Sequence record: PV340851.1
Strand: one strand, 5' to 3'
DNA: 64,000 bases
Shown here in pieces: positions 46,482 through 55,050 of the stretch. The position numbers were made by a program, and so were the translations under genes. A model generated the notes under the pieces. That model worked only from the letters and a program-made list of their open reading frames with translations. It was not told the origin of the DNA and ran no database searches. Positions within the stretch are counted from its first letter, which is position 1, and each line of letters begins with the position of its first letter.

Positions 46482-48086
46482 ATGAAAGTAAATTCGGTAT
46501 GCATCGTCGGGGGTGGATCCTCGGGGTGGATGACTGCTGCCTTATTGGCATACAATCTACCTGATCTGAAAATTACAGTAGTTGAACCCAAAGATATTCC
46601 AACAGTTGGTGTTGGAGAATCTACTCTTGGTCATATCAATAGATACTTAGATTGTATTGGTCTTACAGGCAGAGATGCTGAGTGGATGCCAGAGTGTGAT
46701 GCAACTTATAAAGTTTCTATTCAATTTACAGATTTTAAACACAAGGGACATCGTTTCCAGTATCCATTTGGTCAGATAGATTTTACTGACAATGCAGGTA
46801 ATGATGATTGGGATTATCTATCAAATATTTACAATGATGTAAGGTTTGATGAATTCAATAATCCAATCACATTTCTAGCAGATAATAATAGAATGACTGA
46901 TAACAATCAGGTCATTAGAAATTTTAATTTTGTAAAAGATACAGCATATCATTTTGATGCTACCAAGTTTGGCAATTATCTAAAGGAAACTATTTGTATT
47001 CCTAAAGGTGTAAAGGTTGTTAGAGATAGCGTTGTCAATGTCTTTCGCAAGACAGACGGCACCGAGAGAGTTGATTTCTTACAACTAGAGAATTCTCCAA
47101 TGCTAAAGATCGAAGCAGATCTTTTTGTTGATTGCACAGGATTTAAGTCTCTTCTCCTAGAGGAAGAGATGGGTTCTAAGTTTATTAGTTTTAATGATGT
47201 ACTACTAAATGATACTGCTCTAGCTGCACGCATTCCATTTGTAGACAAAGAGAAAGAAGTACATAACACAACAGATTGTCATGCACTATTGAATGGTTGG
47301 GTTTGGAACATTCCTCTGTGGTCCAGAATTGGAACAGGATACTGTTATTCTAGCAAGTTTACTACAGACGAAAGAGCAGAGGGAGAGTTCCGAAGACATC
47401 TAGCAAAGTCAGATCCTAAACGTGCAGAAGAAGCAGAGTTCTTTAAGATTAATATTAGACATGGCAAACGTGAGAAAGCATGGGTCAAGAATGTTGTTGG
47501 TATTGGATTGTCGTATGGATTCCTAGAACCATTGGAGTCTACTGGTCTCCTAACTACACATGAAAATGCGCTGAGACTATTAGGAACTTTAGAGAAAAGA
47601 AATGGTCTTGTAAAGAAACCTGATATTGATGGATACAATCTGGCAGTAGATCAAGATCTAGAAAGCATGAAAGGATTTGTTGCTATGCACTACTTCCTTT
47701 CCGAAAGAAAGGACTCACCTTATTGGAGATATCTAACAGAAGAAATTGACTTTCCTGAAGTCATGGACTATATTGTCAGAAGTCCTAGACTCTATCAAGA
47801 ATACGTTTTCTCTACTTCTGCTTCTAATAGTTGGGGTAGTTTAGATGGTCTTCTCTATATCGCTGCAGGCATGGGTTGTCGTCCTCTAGGGAAGACAGAA
47901 TGCAACTATAGAATCAGAAGTGGTACAGTCCAAAAAGGAGCTCTTAGAGAATCTTATCTGAAGCATATACGCTATAAAGATCAAGTTCTTAAGAAGTTAC
48001 AAAGCATGCCTACAACCTATGAATATTTGAGAGATCATGTTTATTTTCCAAAGAAAAAAACAAATTCGCTTTCACTCAATGAGTAG
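46482..48086 (+). CDS. Flavin-dependent (tryptophan-halogenase family, PrnA-like) halogenase
   Basis: GGGSSGW (GxGxxG), VGVGEST, CDATYK (catalytic Lys equivalent), WVWNIP (WxWxIP) and FLEPLESTG motifs. Confidence 0.93.
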   Translation: MKVNSVCIVGGGSSGWMTAALLAYNLPDLKITVVEPKDIPTVGVGESTLGHINRYLDCIGLTGRDAEWMPECDATYKVSIQFTDFKHKGHRFQYPFGQIDFTDNAGNDDWDYLSNIYNDVRFDEFNNPITFLADNNRMTDNNQVIRNFNFVKDTAYHFDATKFGNYLKETICIPKGVKVVRDSVVNVFRKTDGTERVDFLQLENSPMLKIEADLFVDCTGFKSLLLEEEMGSKFISFNDVLLNDTALAARIPFVDKEKEVHNTTDCHALLNGWVWNIPLWSRIGTGYCYSSKFTTDERAEGEFRRHLAKSDPKRAEEAEFFKINIRHGKREKAWVKNVVGIGLSYGFLEPLESTGLLTTHENALRLLGTLEKRNGLVKKPDIDGYNLAVDQDLESMKGFVAMHYFLSERKDSPYWRYLTEEIDFPEVMDYIVRSPRLYQEYVFSTSASNSWGSLDGLLYIAAGMGCRPLGKTECNYRIRSGTVQKGALRESYLKHIRYKDQVLKKLQSMPTTYEYLRDHVYFPKKKTNSLSLNE

Positions 48087-48807
48087 TGGGACGAATACAT
48101 TATACCCCATTATACATTCATCCAAGTTAAACAGAGACTGGATTACAGAGGAGAAGCAGGATTATAAAAGTAGATGTCCTTTTAATTTTAAAGGTCCTAC
48201 TGCACATAGCATTAATAAATGTCCTGCTATTCATAGCATTATGAATCAGGGATATATTATTAGAGCACCTGGAGATATTGCTGTTACACGAAGAGGTAAT
48301 AAGTTAGATGTCTATGGACCAGACATTGTACAGCATATTCCTACAGTTGTCACACATGGACAAGAAGTATCAAAATGGTTACTAGACAGTGCCAAAGACA
48401 ATACATGCGAAGAGATAATCAAAATCAATACACCCTGGCGTTGTACTACAAATGATCCTGATCTTATCTTCTTAGTTGTAAAAGTTCCTTTTGTGAATGA
48501 GACTAGATTCTCTGCTGTGATGGGAGTAATGGATCCCAGAATTGCATTTGAAATTAATGTCCAGTTGTTCTGGCATGAAGAAGATGGTAAAGATGAATTG
48601 ATTAAGGCAGGCACTCCTTTGTGTATGTACATTCCAATGAATCGTAAGTATCTAGGAACTTCATTTGTCTGTGAAGATCCTACCGAAAAAGATTGGGAAG
48701 TAGAAAAAGAAATGGCATATTCATATTCATCTGTTAATGAATCATCTACAACTTTAACGGAGAGAGTATCAAAAGTTGCTAAAATTTTGAGAAAATATTA
48801 TGGTTGA
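48037..48807 (+). CDS. Hypothetical protein (256 aa), DUF6065-like
   Basis: KCP..H..M..GYII.AP.DI, IKINTPW and IKAGTPL pattern; overlaps the halogenase end by 50 nt. Confidence 0.65.
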   Translation: MFIFQRKKQIRFHSMSSGTNTLYPIIHSSKLNRDWITEEKQDYKSRCPFNFKGPTAHSINKCPAIHSIMNQGYIIRAPGDIAVTRRGNKLDVYGPDIVQHIPTVVTHGQEVSKWLLDSAKDNTCEEIIKINTPWRCTTNDPDLIFLVVKVPFVNETRFSAVMGVMDPRIAFEINVQLFWHEEDGKDELIKAGTPLCMYIPMNRKYLGTSFVCEDPTEKDWEVEKEMAYSYSSVNESSTTLTERVSKVAKILRKYYG

Positions 48808-49387
48808 TTTGTTTGCTATATCACTATACAAGGGACACATTGATCTACCAGATAATACTTTGTATGATGATCTCAAAAAGCATTTAGAAGATACTACCAA
48901 AAACTATTGGACAGGCGAATCAGGTTGGAGCACTGGTGAAAAAGATTTAGAACTTTGGAATCATGTAAATCTAAACTGTATCTTTGAGGAGATGATGCCT
49001 CAAGTATATACTTACTGGGAAAGTTTAGACTATATTCCTGCTCATATTCATCTAAGATCTTGCTGGGCAAACTTACACAACTCAAATGATTCTTCAGAAG
49101 AACATTCCCATTGTGATGGTTACCAAGGATCAAACATACTTTCTGGTGTGTACTATCTTAGAAAACCTCCTGGTGCGAATATAAGTTTCATTAACCCAAT
49201 GGAATATATGTTACGAATGACACCATATAATACCATGGCGGGCATTAAATCTATGTCCACCGAAGTTGAGTGTATCGAAGGAGACTTTTTGTTGTGGCCG
49301 TCTTGGTTGAAACATAGAGTAGATCCTACTTCTTATGAAGGTGAGCGTATTGCTATTTCTTTTAACATGAGCGGAGTGCCAAAATGA
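48800..49387 (+). CDS. Putative 2OG-Fe(II) oxygenase, TIGR02466-like
   Basis: WAN..N..D....HSH...LSGVYYL..P, EGD.LLWPSWLKH.V and RIAISFN motifs. Confidence 0.88.
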   Translation: MVDLFAISLYKGHIDLPDNTLYDDLKKHLEDTTKNYWTGESGWSTGEKDLELWNHVNLNCIFEEMMPQVYTYWESLDYIPAHIHLRSCWANLHNSNDSSEEHSHCDGYQGSNILSGVYYLRKPPGANISFINPMEYMLRMTPYNTMAGIKSMSTEVECIEGDFLLWPSWLKHRVDPTSYEGERIAISFNMSGVPK

Positions 49388-50136
49388 TTTTCTTAAAACT
49401 AGATCCTAGTTCGGTAGACTTTCCAAAACTAATCAAAACAAATAAACTTGAATACGAAGAGGTTAAGGTAACAGATGGTATTTCATATTTCAACGTCTAC
49501 AACATCTTTGAGGGTGATGGGTTCGATCGATTCCAAAACTTTGTTCAATCTAATCCTATCTGGAGGATGAACAATGAACCAGACCTAACAGACATGAATC
49601 CGTTTTCCACAATTCATTTACCTACGTGGGCAACAGAAGAATTGTTTGCTATGGTTTCGGAACTATATCTCAGAACAGCAACACATCTCCCCCGACATAC
49701 AATCAATAACAATGATTGGGGGAACATCTATTTTAAGGAAGAGTGCAGACCTATCAAGAAATGGAGACTGCCTCACATTGATTATGTAAGAGGTCTTGCT
49801 GCCAACATGTGGTTTACTGATCACGCACCAGGAGACTCTGGAACAGTCCTGTGGAAGTATGTTGGTGGTGAGATACAGAATGGTGTGTTTGAATATCAGG
49901 GCAATCCAGAGCATCCTCTGTATGATGAATGGCATGCTATGGGTCCTACAGATAGAGAGACTCACTTTACTAATTTCACAGAAGAAGAGGGCAGATACTG
50001 GGGGTTTGAATCCATTGGTTTTGTGCCATCTAAATATAAGTGTATGACATGCTATCCTGCAGACGTACCCCATACACCATACATTGACGACGAGATTACT
50101 CTACGTTGGTCTCATACATTCTGTGCTTTTGAATGA
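49384..50136 (+). CDS. Putative Fe(II)/2OG oxygenase, DUF6445-like
   Basis: LPHID (HxD), strand ANMWFT, GT.LW.Y, distal Y...VPH.P. Confidence 0.65.
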   Translation: MIFLKLDPSSVDFPKLIKTNKLEYEEVKVTDGISYFNVYNIFEGDGFDRFQNFVQSNPIWRMNNEPDLTDMNPFSTIHLPTWATEELFAMVSELYLRTATHLPRHTINNNDWGNIYFKEECRPIKKWRLPHIDYVRGLAANMWFTDHAPGDSGTVLWKYVGGEIQNGVFEYQGNPEHPLYDEWHAMGPTDRETHFTNFTEEEGRYWGFESIGFVPSKYKCMTCYPADVPHTPYIDDEITLRWSHTFCAFE

Positions 50137-50720
50137 ACTTAGAACATATTTTTCCAACACCCATATGGTCTTTTGAATATACTGATACTTGTGAGGAGTT
50201 GATCAAGTATATTCAGTATTGCAGAAAGAAATCTGAGGGTAGAATAGTATCTAATAAAGGTGGATGGCAGTCTGAAGATTGTCAAGCATCTGAACTGCCA
50301 AGTTGTTTTGATAATCTACAGAAAAACATACTTAGTGCGGCAAGAGGATGTGTAGATGAATTTGGATCTACTTTGGATCCATGGATAGATAATGTTTGGT
50401 TTAACATTAACTCCAGAGGAAATTCTAATAGACCTCATTTACATGCTGGTGCATTTTTGTCTGGTGTATTTTGGTTACAAGCAGAACCTGGATCTGGTAA
50501 TCTAGTTTTCAGTAGAAATCCACATGAAGATTATGCTATTCATGCACATCTAGGAAACCCAGAGATGACTAGACTAGCAGCTTCTGGGTGGGAGTATTCA
50601 CCTAAACCAGGCATGTGTATTCTTTTTCCAGGGTGGACAATGCATCGAGTAGACGATAACGAAACTGATAGCGAACGAATTTCTTTAGCATTTAATATTA
50701 AAGTCAATGAAAATTTTTGA
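50133..50720 (+). CDS. Putative 2OG-Fe(II) oxygenase, TIGR02466-like
   Basis: SNKGGWQS, WFNIN..G.SN.PHLH....LSGVFWL, FPGW.MH.V and RISLAFN motifs. Confidence 0.9.
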   Translation: MNLEHIFPTPIWSFEYTDTCEELIKYIQYCRKKSEGRIVSNKGGWQSEDCQASELPSCFDNLQKNILSAARGCVDEFGSTLDPWIDNVWFNINSRGNSNRPHLHAGAFLSGVFWLQAEPGSGNLVFSRNPHEDYAIHAHLGNPEMTRLAASGWEYSPKPGMCILFPGWTMHRVDDNETDSERISLAFNIKVNENF

Positions 50721-51294
50721 AAATTTTCTGCCACAAAAGGCAGCAGATGATATTGAAAATACGATGAAAGGGACTGGATTCCCTTGGTATTATATTCCCG
50801 ATGTAACTAGAGAAAAATTTGATTCTTCTGCGTATGCACAACCTGGGTTTCATCATACACCGTTTATGAATTACCAACCCAAGTCTCCTTTCTTTGATTA
50901 CTTTAAACTACTAGCATGTGCTGTTGAAGATGCTATTGAATGGGATGATCCTCTACATCTGTTTAGAATTAGAGCAGGTCTTAATGTAGCAAATGCTCCA
51001 TCTAATAAGCGTTTCAGTCAAGACTATAATTTTCCACATGTAGATCAAAATGCTGACATTGTTAAATGTCAAACGTTTACATGTTTATACTATGTAAATG
51101 ATTCTGATGGCGATACTCATATCTTTAATGAAGATAAAGAGAGTGAAAAATATACTATTAAACATCAGGTGTCACCAATTAAGAATAGAATGATGTACTT
51201 TGATGGTAAGCAATACCATGCAAGTTCATCTCCTATTGCTAGTGACGTTCGTATTGCACTGACATTTAATTTCCATGCAGAAAGAATTTTTTGA
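50707..51294 (+). CDS. 2OG-Fe(II) oxygenase (prolyl-hydroxylase-like)
   Basis: PHVD, TCLYYVNDSDGDT, P.KNR..YFDG..YHASS.P and RIALTFN motifs. Confidence 0.88.
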   Translation: MKIFENFLPQKAADDIENTMKGTGFPWYYIPDVTREKFDSSAYAQPGFHHTPFMNYQPKSPFFDYFKLLACAVEDAIEWDDPLHLFRIRAGLNVANAPSNKRFSQDYNFPHVDQNADIVKCQTFTCLYYVNDSDGDTHIFNEDKESEKYTIKHQVSPIKNRMMYFDGKQYHASSSPIASDVRIALTFNFHAERIF

Positions 51295-51970
51295 ATTGAA
51301 GAGGGAGTTAAAATTAAACGACGACCATAGAGTCTGTCGTAATTTCTTACCTGATCCCAAGACTTATCTGAATTGGGGTGATGTAGACTATGCTCTAAAC
51401 ACAGGCAAGTATTATACTGACATTATTCTAGATGGAAGTCATTTAGATGTAGATGTGTTCAATTACTTCTGGCATGATCATCGCAATCAAGATAAAAAAA
51501 GATTGTTTGATATGATCAATGAAGGTCATACATTTGCTATGACATGTTTCTCCCAGTATAACAAAAAAATTTCTAATCTTGTATCAGACATAGAACAAAT
51601 ATTTGCAGTCATGTGTGACGTTCATGTGTATGGAGGAACAGGTGACAAAGGTTCTTTCTATCCACACGTAGACATCCCATCAAATTTTATCTTCCAGATT
51701 GAGGGCACTACTAAATGGAGACTGTATAAGAATAGTGCATGTGATATGTTCATGCAAGAAGAAATCAATAGCACATTTAATCCTAGTGAACTAGAAGTAC
51801 AGCATGAGGTTACATTAGAACCAGGAGACATGTTGTATATTCCTGCTAGAAGATTTCATGCAGCATTTCCAGAAGGTAGAAGATTGTCTCTTAGTGTACC
51901 ATGCAGATCATTGAAATATAATACTGAAGGATCTAGAAAGTTAGATAGAGCATATTATCATGTTGATTAA
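51275..51970 (+). CDS. JmjC/cupin-4-like oxygenase
   Basis: F.PHVD...NFIFQIEG.TKW, LEPGDMLYIPAR.FH.A and RLSLS motifs. Confidence 0.88.
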   Translation: MQKEFFELKRELKLNDDHRVCRNFLPDPKTYLNWGDVDYALNTGKYYTDIILDGSHLDVDVFNYFWHDHRNQDKKRLFDMINEGHTFAMTCFSQYNKKISNLVSDIEQIFAVMCDVHVYGGTGDKGSFYPHVDIPSNFIFQIEGTTKWRLYKNSACDMFMQEEINSTFNPSELEVQHEVTLEPGDMLYIPARRFHAAFPEGRRLSLSVPCRSLKYNTEGSRKLDRAYYHVD

Positions 51971-52553
51971 ACCGTTGGTAATAAAAAACTTTGTGTCTGA
52001 AGAATTGTGCAGCGTAATGGCAACAGAGTTCACAATTATGAGAGACACTATGAAAATCTTGGATGGACCAGGATTCGATGAGATAGAGAATAGTTTTGCA
52101 TGGTATTCTCCTATTTGTTTTGAGACTCTATCAACATATATTAAATCAAAGGTTGAGCAAGTGGTAAACAAACCATTGCATTCTTCCTATTCATATGGTC
52201 GAATATATAATAAAGGAAGCATCCTTACAAAACATACTGATAGAAAGAGTTCCGAACTTACTGTAAGTATATGCTTGAGAAAGGATATTCCATGGGCACT
52301 CAATTGGGAATGGGAAGGTCAGACTCTGGCATTTGACACAGATCCAGGAGATGCTATAATTGGATGTGGTTCCTCAACACCTCACTGGAGAGATCCATAT
52401 GAGGGCGAGGAACAGGTCCAAGCGTTTATGCAATATGTCGTTGCTGGTGGTGACTATGATCACCTAAAATATGACACTAGACCATGTATCGGTTCTCCGT
52501 ATGAACTGGTAAATGACCTTGTTAGAAACGAAGATAAATACTACATGGACTGA
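51960..52553 (+). CDS. 2OG-Fe(II) oxygenase
   Basis: SYSYGRIY.KG..L.KHTDR.SSE..VSI, PGDA....G...PHWR.P and Q.F..YV motifs. Confidence 0.88.
   Translation: MLIKPLVIKNFVSEELCSVMATEFTIMRDTMKILDGPGFDEIENSFAWYSPICFETLSTYIKSKVEQVVNKPLHSSYSYGRIYNKGSILTKHTDRKSSELTVSICLRKDIPWALNWEWEGQTLAFDTDPGDAIIGCGSSTPHWRDPYEGEEQVQAFMQYVVAGGDYDHLKYDTRPCIGSPYELVNDLVRNEDKYYMD
52533..52540 (+). promoter_or_regulatory. Possible late promoter (GATAAATA)
   Basis: 21 nt upstream of the ATG at 52561. Confidence 0.5.
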
Positions 52554-52560
52554 GGTTATC

Positions 52561-52857
52561 ATGACAGAACCATTGAAACAAACCTATCCCGATCCCGTAC
52601 AGGTAAAAGAAAAAGAAGAACTTCTATCTTTCGAGTACGTTTGGGAAAACTTTGTCTCTCAACTCAATGCTAAACGCGCAGAGTTGCAAGAGAAAGAAGA
52701 AGAAATCAACGATCAAATCAATACTATGACACGAATTGATTTGAAAGATTACAACGATCTTAAAATTGCTGTGACCAAACTAGAAGCTGCTCTAGAGGCA
52801 CTGGATCTTATTAGAACTAGAGTCTGTGGAGAAAAATCACTCATCACCTTTGATTAA
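52561..52857 (+). CDS. Coiled-coil hypothetical protein (98 aa)
   Basis: Start at the ATG at 52561 after a GAGG RBS; heptad pattern. Confidence 0.75.
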   Translation: MTEPLKQTYPDPVQVKEKEELLSFEYVWENFVSQLNAKRAELQEKEEEINDQINTMTRIDLKDYNDLKIAVTKLEAALEALDLIRTRVCGEKSLITFD

Positions 52858-52859
52858 TT

Positions 52860-53045
52860 ATGGATACTCAAGAACTCAAAAAGAATTTCGACGAACAGAT
52901 TGCTAATACTGATAAGCAAATTAGAGAACTAGAAGAAAATCTAGTAAAGGCAAAAGAGTACAAACTCAAACTAGAAGGCGGTCTTGAGACCCTAGCACTT
53001 CTTGAACCACCTGCGGAAGAACCTGCCGAGGCACCCGCAGAATGA
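52860..53045 (+). CDS. Coiled-coil hypothetical protein (61 aa)
   Basis: Heptads, KLKLEGGLETL motif and an acidic Pro-rich tail. Confidence 0.8.
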   Translation: MDTQELKKNFDEQIANTDKQIRELEENLVKAKEYKLKLEGGLETLALLEPPAEEPAEAPAE

Positions 53046-53048
53046 CAC

Positions 53049-53085
53049 AAATCCCTGCTTCCTAAATAGAAGTAGGGATTTTTTG
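53049..53085 (+). terminator. Terminator hairpin whose loop is the gp13 late promoter (CTAAATA 53062-53068)
   Basis: AAATCCCTGCTTC-CTAAATA-GAAGTAGGGATTT followed by a T-run. Confidence 0.85.
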
Positions 53086-53096
53086 TATCTAGGTGC

Positions 53097-53927
53097 ATGG
53101 CCATACCAACCAGTAAAGCAGAATTAATTGCATACTGCGAACGCCAGTTAGGTGCGCCTGTGCTGCAGATCAATATGGATGACACCCAAAAGGATGACAT
53201 CATTGATCAGGCGCTTCAGTATTATCATGAGTATCATTTTGATGGTATTGAGAGGATGTATCTCAAGCATAAGTTTACATCGGACGATGTAACTAGATTT
53301 ACTGAGTCCGATCAAGCGTCACAATCTGCAGGCGGGACTGACTGGGAGAATACAAACAATTACATTGAAGTTCCTGAACTTGTAATTGGTATTCAAAAAG
53401 TGTTCGGAGTATCCTCAAGTTTCTTGAGGAACAGTCTCTTTGGCATGAGTAATCAGTATTACTTGATGGACCTGTTTTCATTCTCATCAGGTTCAGCATT
53501 TAGTTTTGGTAACTTTGACTTGACCAACTACTTTATGATCAAGCAGCATTTTGAAACAATTGATCAAGTTATCAACACAGGTTCTTTAATTGAATTTAGA
53601 TTCAATAAGAGACAAGATAGATTGTATGTAGATATCGATGATAATAGAATCGTAGAAGATCAATACCTTCTTATCGATTGTTATCGTTATCTAGATCCAA
53701 CTGTTTATACTCAGGTTTTTAACGATAGTTTTGTCAAGAGATATGCTACTGCTTTGATGAAAAGGCAGTGGGGACAGAACCTAATCAAATATAACAACGT
53801 CCAACTTCCTGGTGGCATTACCCTCAATGGTCGCCAAATTTGGGAAGATGGAGATCGTGAAGTGAGAGAACTAGAGTCTAGAATGATGACAGATTATTCA
53901 CTACCACCAATGGATATGATCGGATAA
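53097..53927 (+). CDS. gp13: Neck protein gp13
   Basis: SKAELI.YC.RQLGAPV.QIN, YHEYHFDG, RYATAL.K.QWGQNLIKY..VQLPGG.TLNG motifs. Confidence 0.95.
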   Translation: MAIPTSKAELIAYCERQLGAPVLQINMDDTQKDDIIDQALQYYHEYHFDGIERMYLKHKFTSDDVTRFTESDQASQSAGGTDWENTNNYIEVPELVIGIQKVFGVSSSFLRNSLFGMSNQYYLMDLFSFSSGSAFSFGNFDLTNYFMIKQHFETIDQVINTGSLIEFRFNKRQDRLYVDIDDNRIVEDQYLLIDCYRYLDPTVYTQVFNDSFVKRYATALMKRQWGQNLIKYNNVQLPGGITLNGRQIWEDGDREVRELESRMMTDYSLPPMDMIG

Positions 53928-53928
53928 G

Positions 53929-55050
53929 ATGCCTACCAGTCCTTATTTTCCAACTTATTACAGCGGTACTACTGGGGAGCAAGGTCTTCTCCAGGATCTT
54001 GTAGACGAGCAGGTCAAACTGTTCGGTACGGATGTCTATTACCTACCCAGAACCATCATTACTGATGGTGTATTGGATGATGTCATTTATAGTAAATTCG
54101 AGGATCAGTTTCAAATCGAAATGATTCTCCAGAACGTACAGGGATTTGGATCTCCATCCGAATTCATTAGTAAGTTCGGTCTCAGAATTTCAGATGAAGT
54201 AAGATTCTCTGTATCACAGAGGCGTTGGGATGAAGAAGTGGCAGAGCACAATCCAACATTGACTGTTGATGGCAGACCCAATGAGGGAGACTTATTGTAC
54301 TTCCCATTGACACAGGACATCTACGAAATCAAATTTGTTGAGAGAGAAGATCCTTTCTACCAGTTAGGCAAGATCTACTACTACACAATGACTGCCGAAA
54401 TCTACGAGATGGGCAGTGACAACTTCGAGACTGGTGTTGCAGAGATTGATGAGATCGAACAGATCTTTGATGTTGCTATGAAACTATTCATGGATCCTGG
54501 TGGTACAGGAGACTTCCAGGTAGGTGAAGAAGTTGTTGGAGATGAGTTCCTTGCTAAGGCAACGGCAACTCTCACAGGTGATGCAGTTTCATCTATTACT
54601 ATCACAGATGGTGGATCCCATTACAAGCAGGGAACCCCACCTTCAGTAACTATTACAGGAGACGGAAGTGGTGCTACAGCGACTGCTACAGTTAGCTCTA
54701 CTGGTATTGTCAACGGTATTACTATTACGAGTGGCGGAAGCGGTTATAGTTCTGCACCTACTGTCACAATTGATTACTCACCCAAAGACAACAGAGCAGA
54801 AGTCAAGTCTTGGGATAGCTCAACCAGAGCTCTCCAGATCATCAACAGAACAGGAACGTTTACTACAGATGAAGTAGTAACTGGTTTAACCTCAGGTGCC
54901 AAGTGGTCTCCAGAAACGTTTGACACTCTAAATAATACGAACAGTACCTACGATCAAAATAGAGAGATCGAAGATGCTGCTGATGATATTATTGATTGGA
55001 CTGAAGGTAATCCTTTCGGTGAGGCAGGCAATTTTACAGGTAGTATCTAA
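53929..55050 (+). CDS. gp14: Neck protein gp14 (with internal insertion)
   Basis: EQ..LQDLVDEQ.K.FG.DVYY.PR, LSKFG..I.DE, RPNEGDL.YFP, FYQLGK motifs. Confidence 0.95.
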   Translation: MPTSPYFPTYYSGTTGEQGLLQDLVDEQVKLFGTDVYYLPRTIITDGVLDDVIYSKFEDQFQIEMILQNVQGFGSPSEFISKFGLRISDEVRFSVSQRRWDEEVAEHNPTLTVDGRPNEGDLLYFPLTQDIYEIKFVEREDPFYQLGKIYYYTMTAEIYEMGSDNFETGVAEIDEIEQIFDVAMKLFMDPGGTGDFQVGEEVVGDEFLAKATATLTGDAVSSITITDGGSHYKQGTPPSVTITGDGSGATATATVSSTGIVNGITITSGGSGYSSAPTVTIDYSPKDNRAEVKSWDSSTRALQIINRTGTFTTDEVVTGLTSGAKWSPETFDTLNNTNSTYDQNREIEDAADDIIDWTEGNPFGEAGNFTGSI

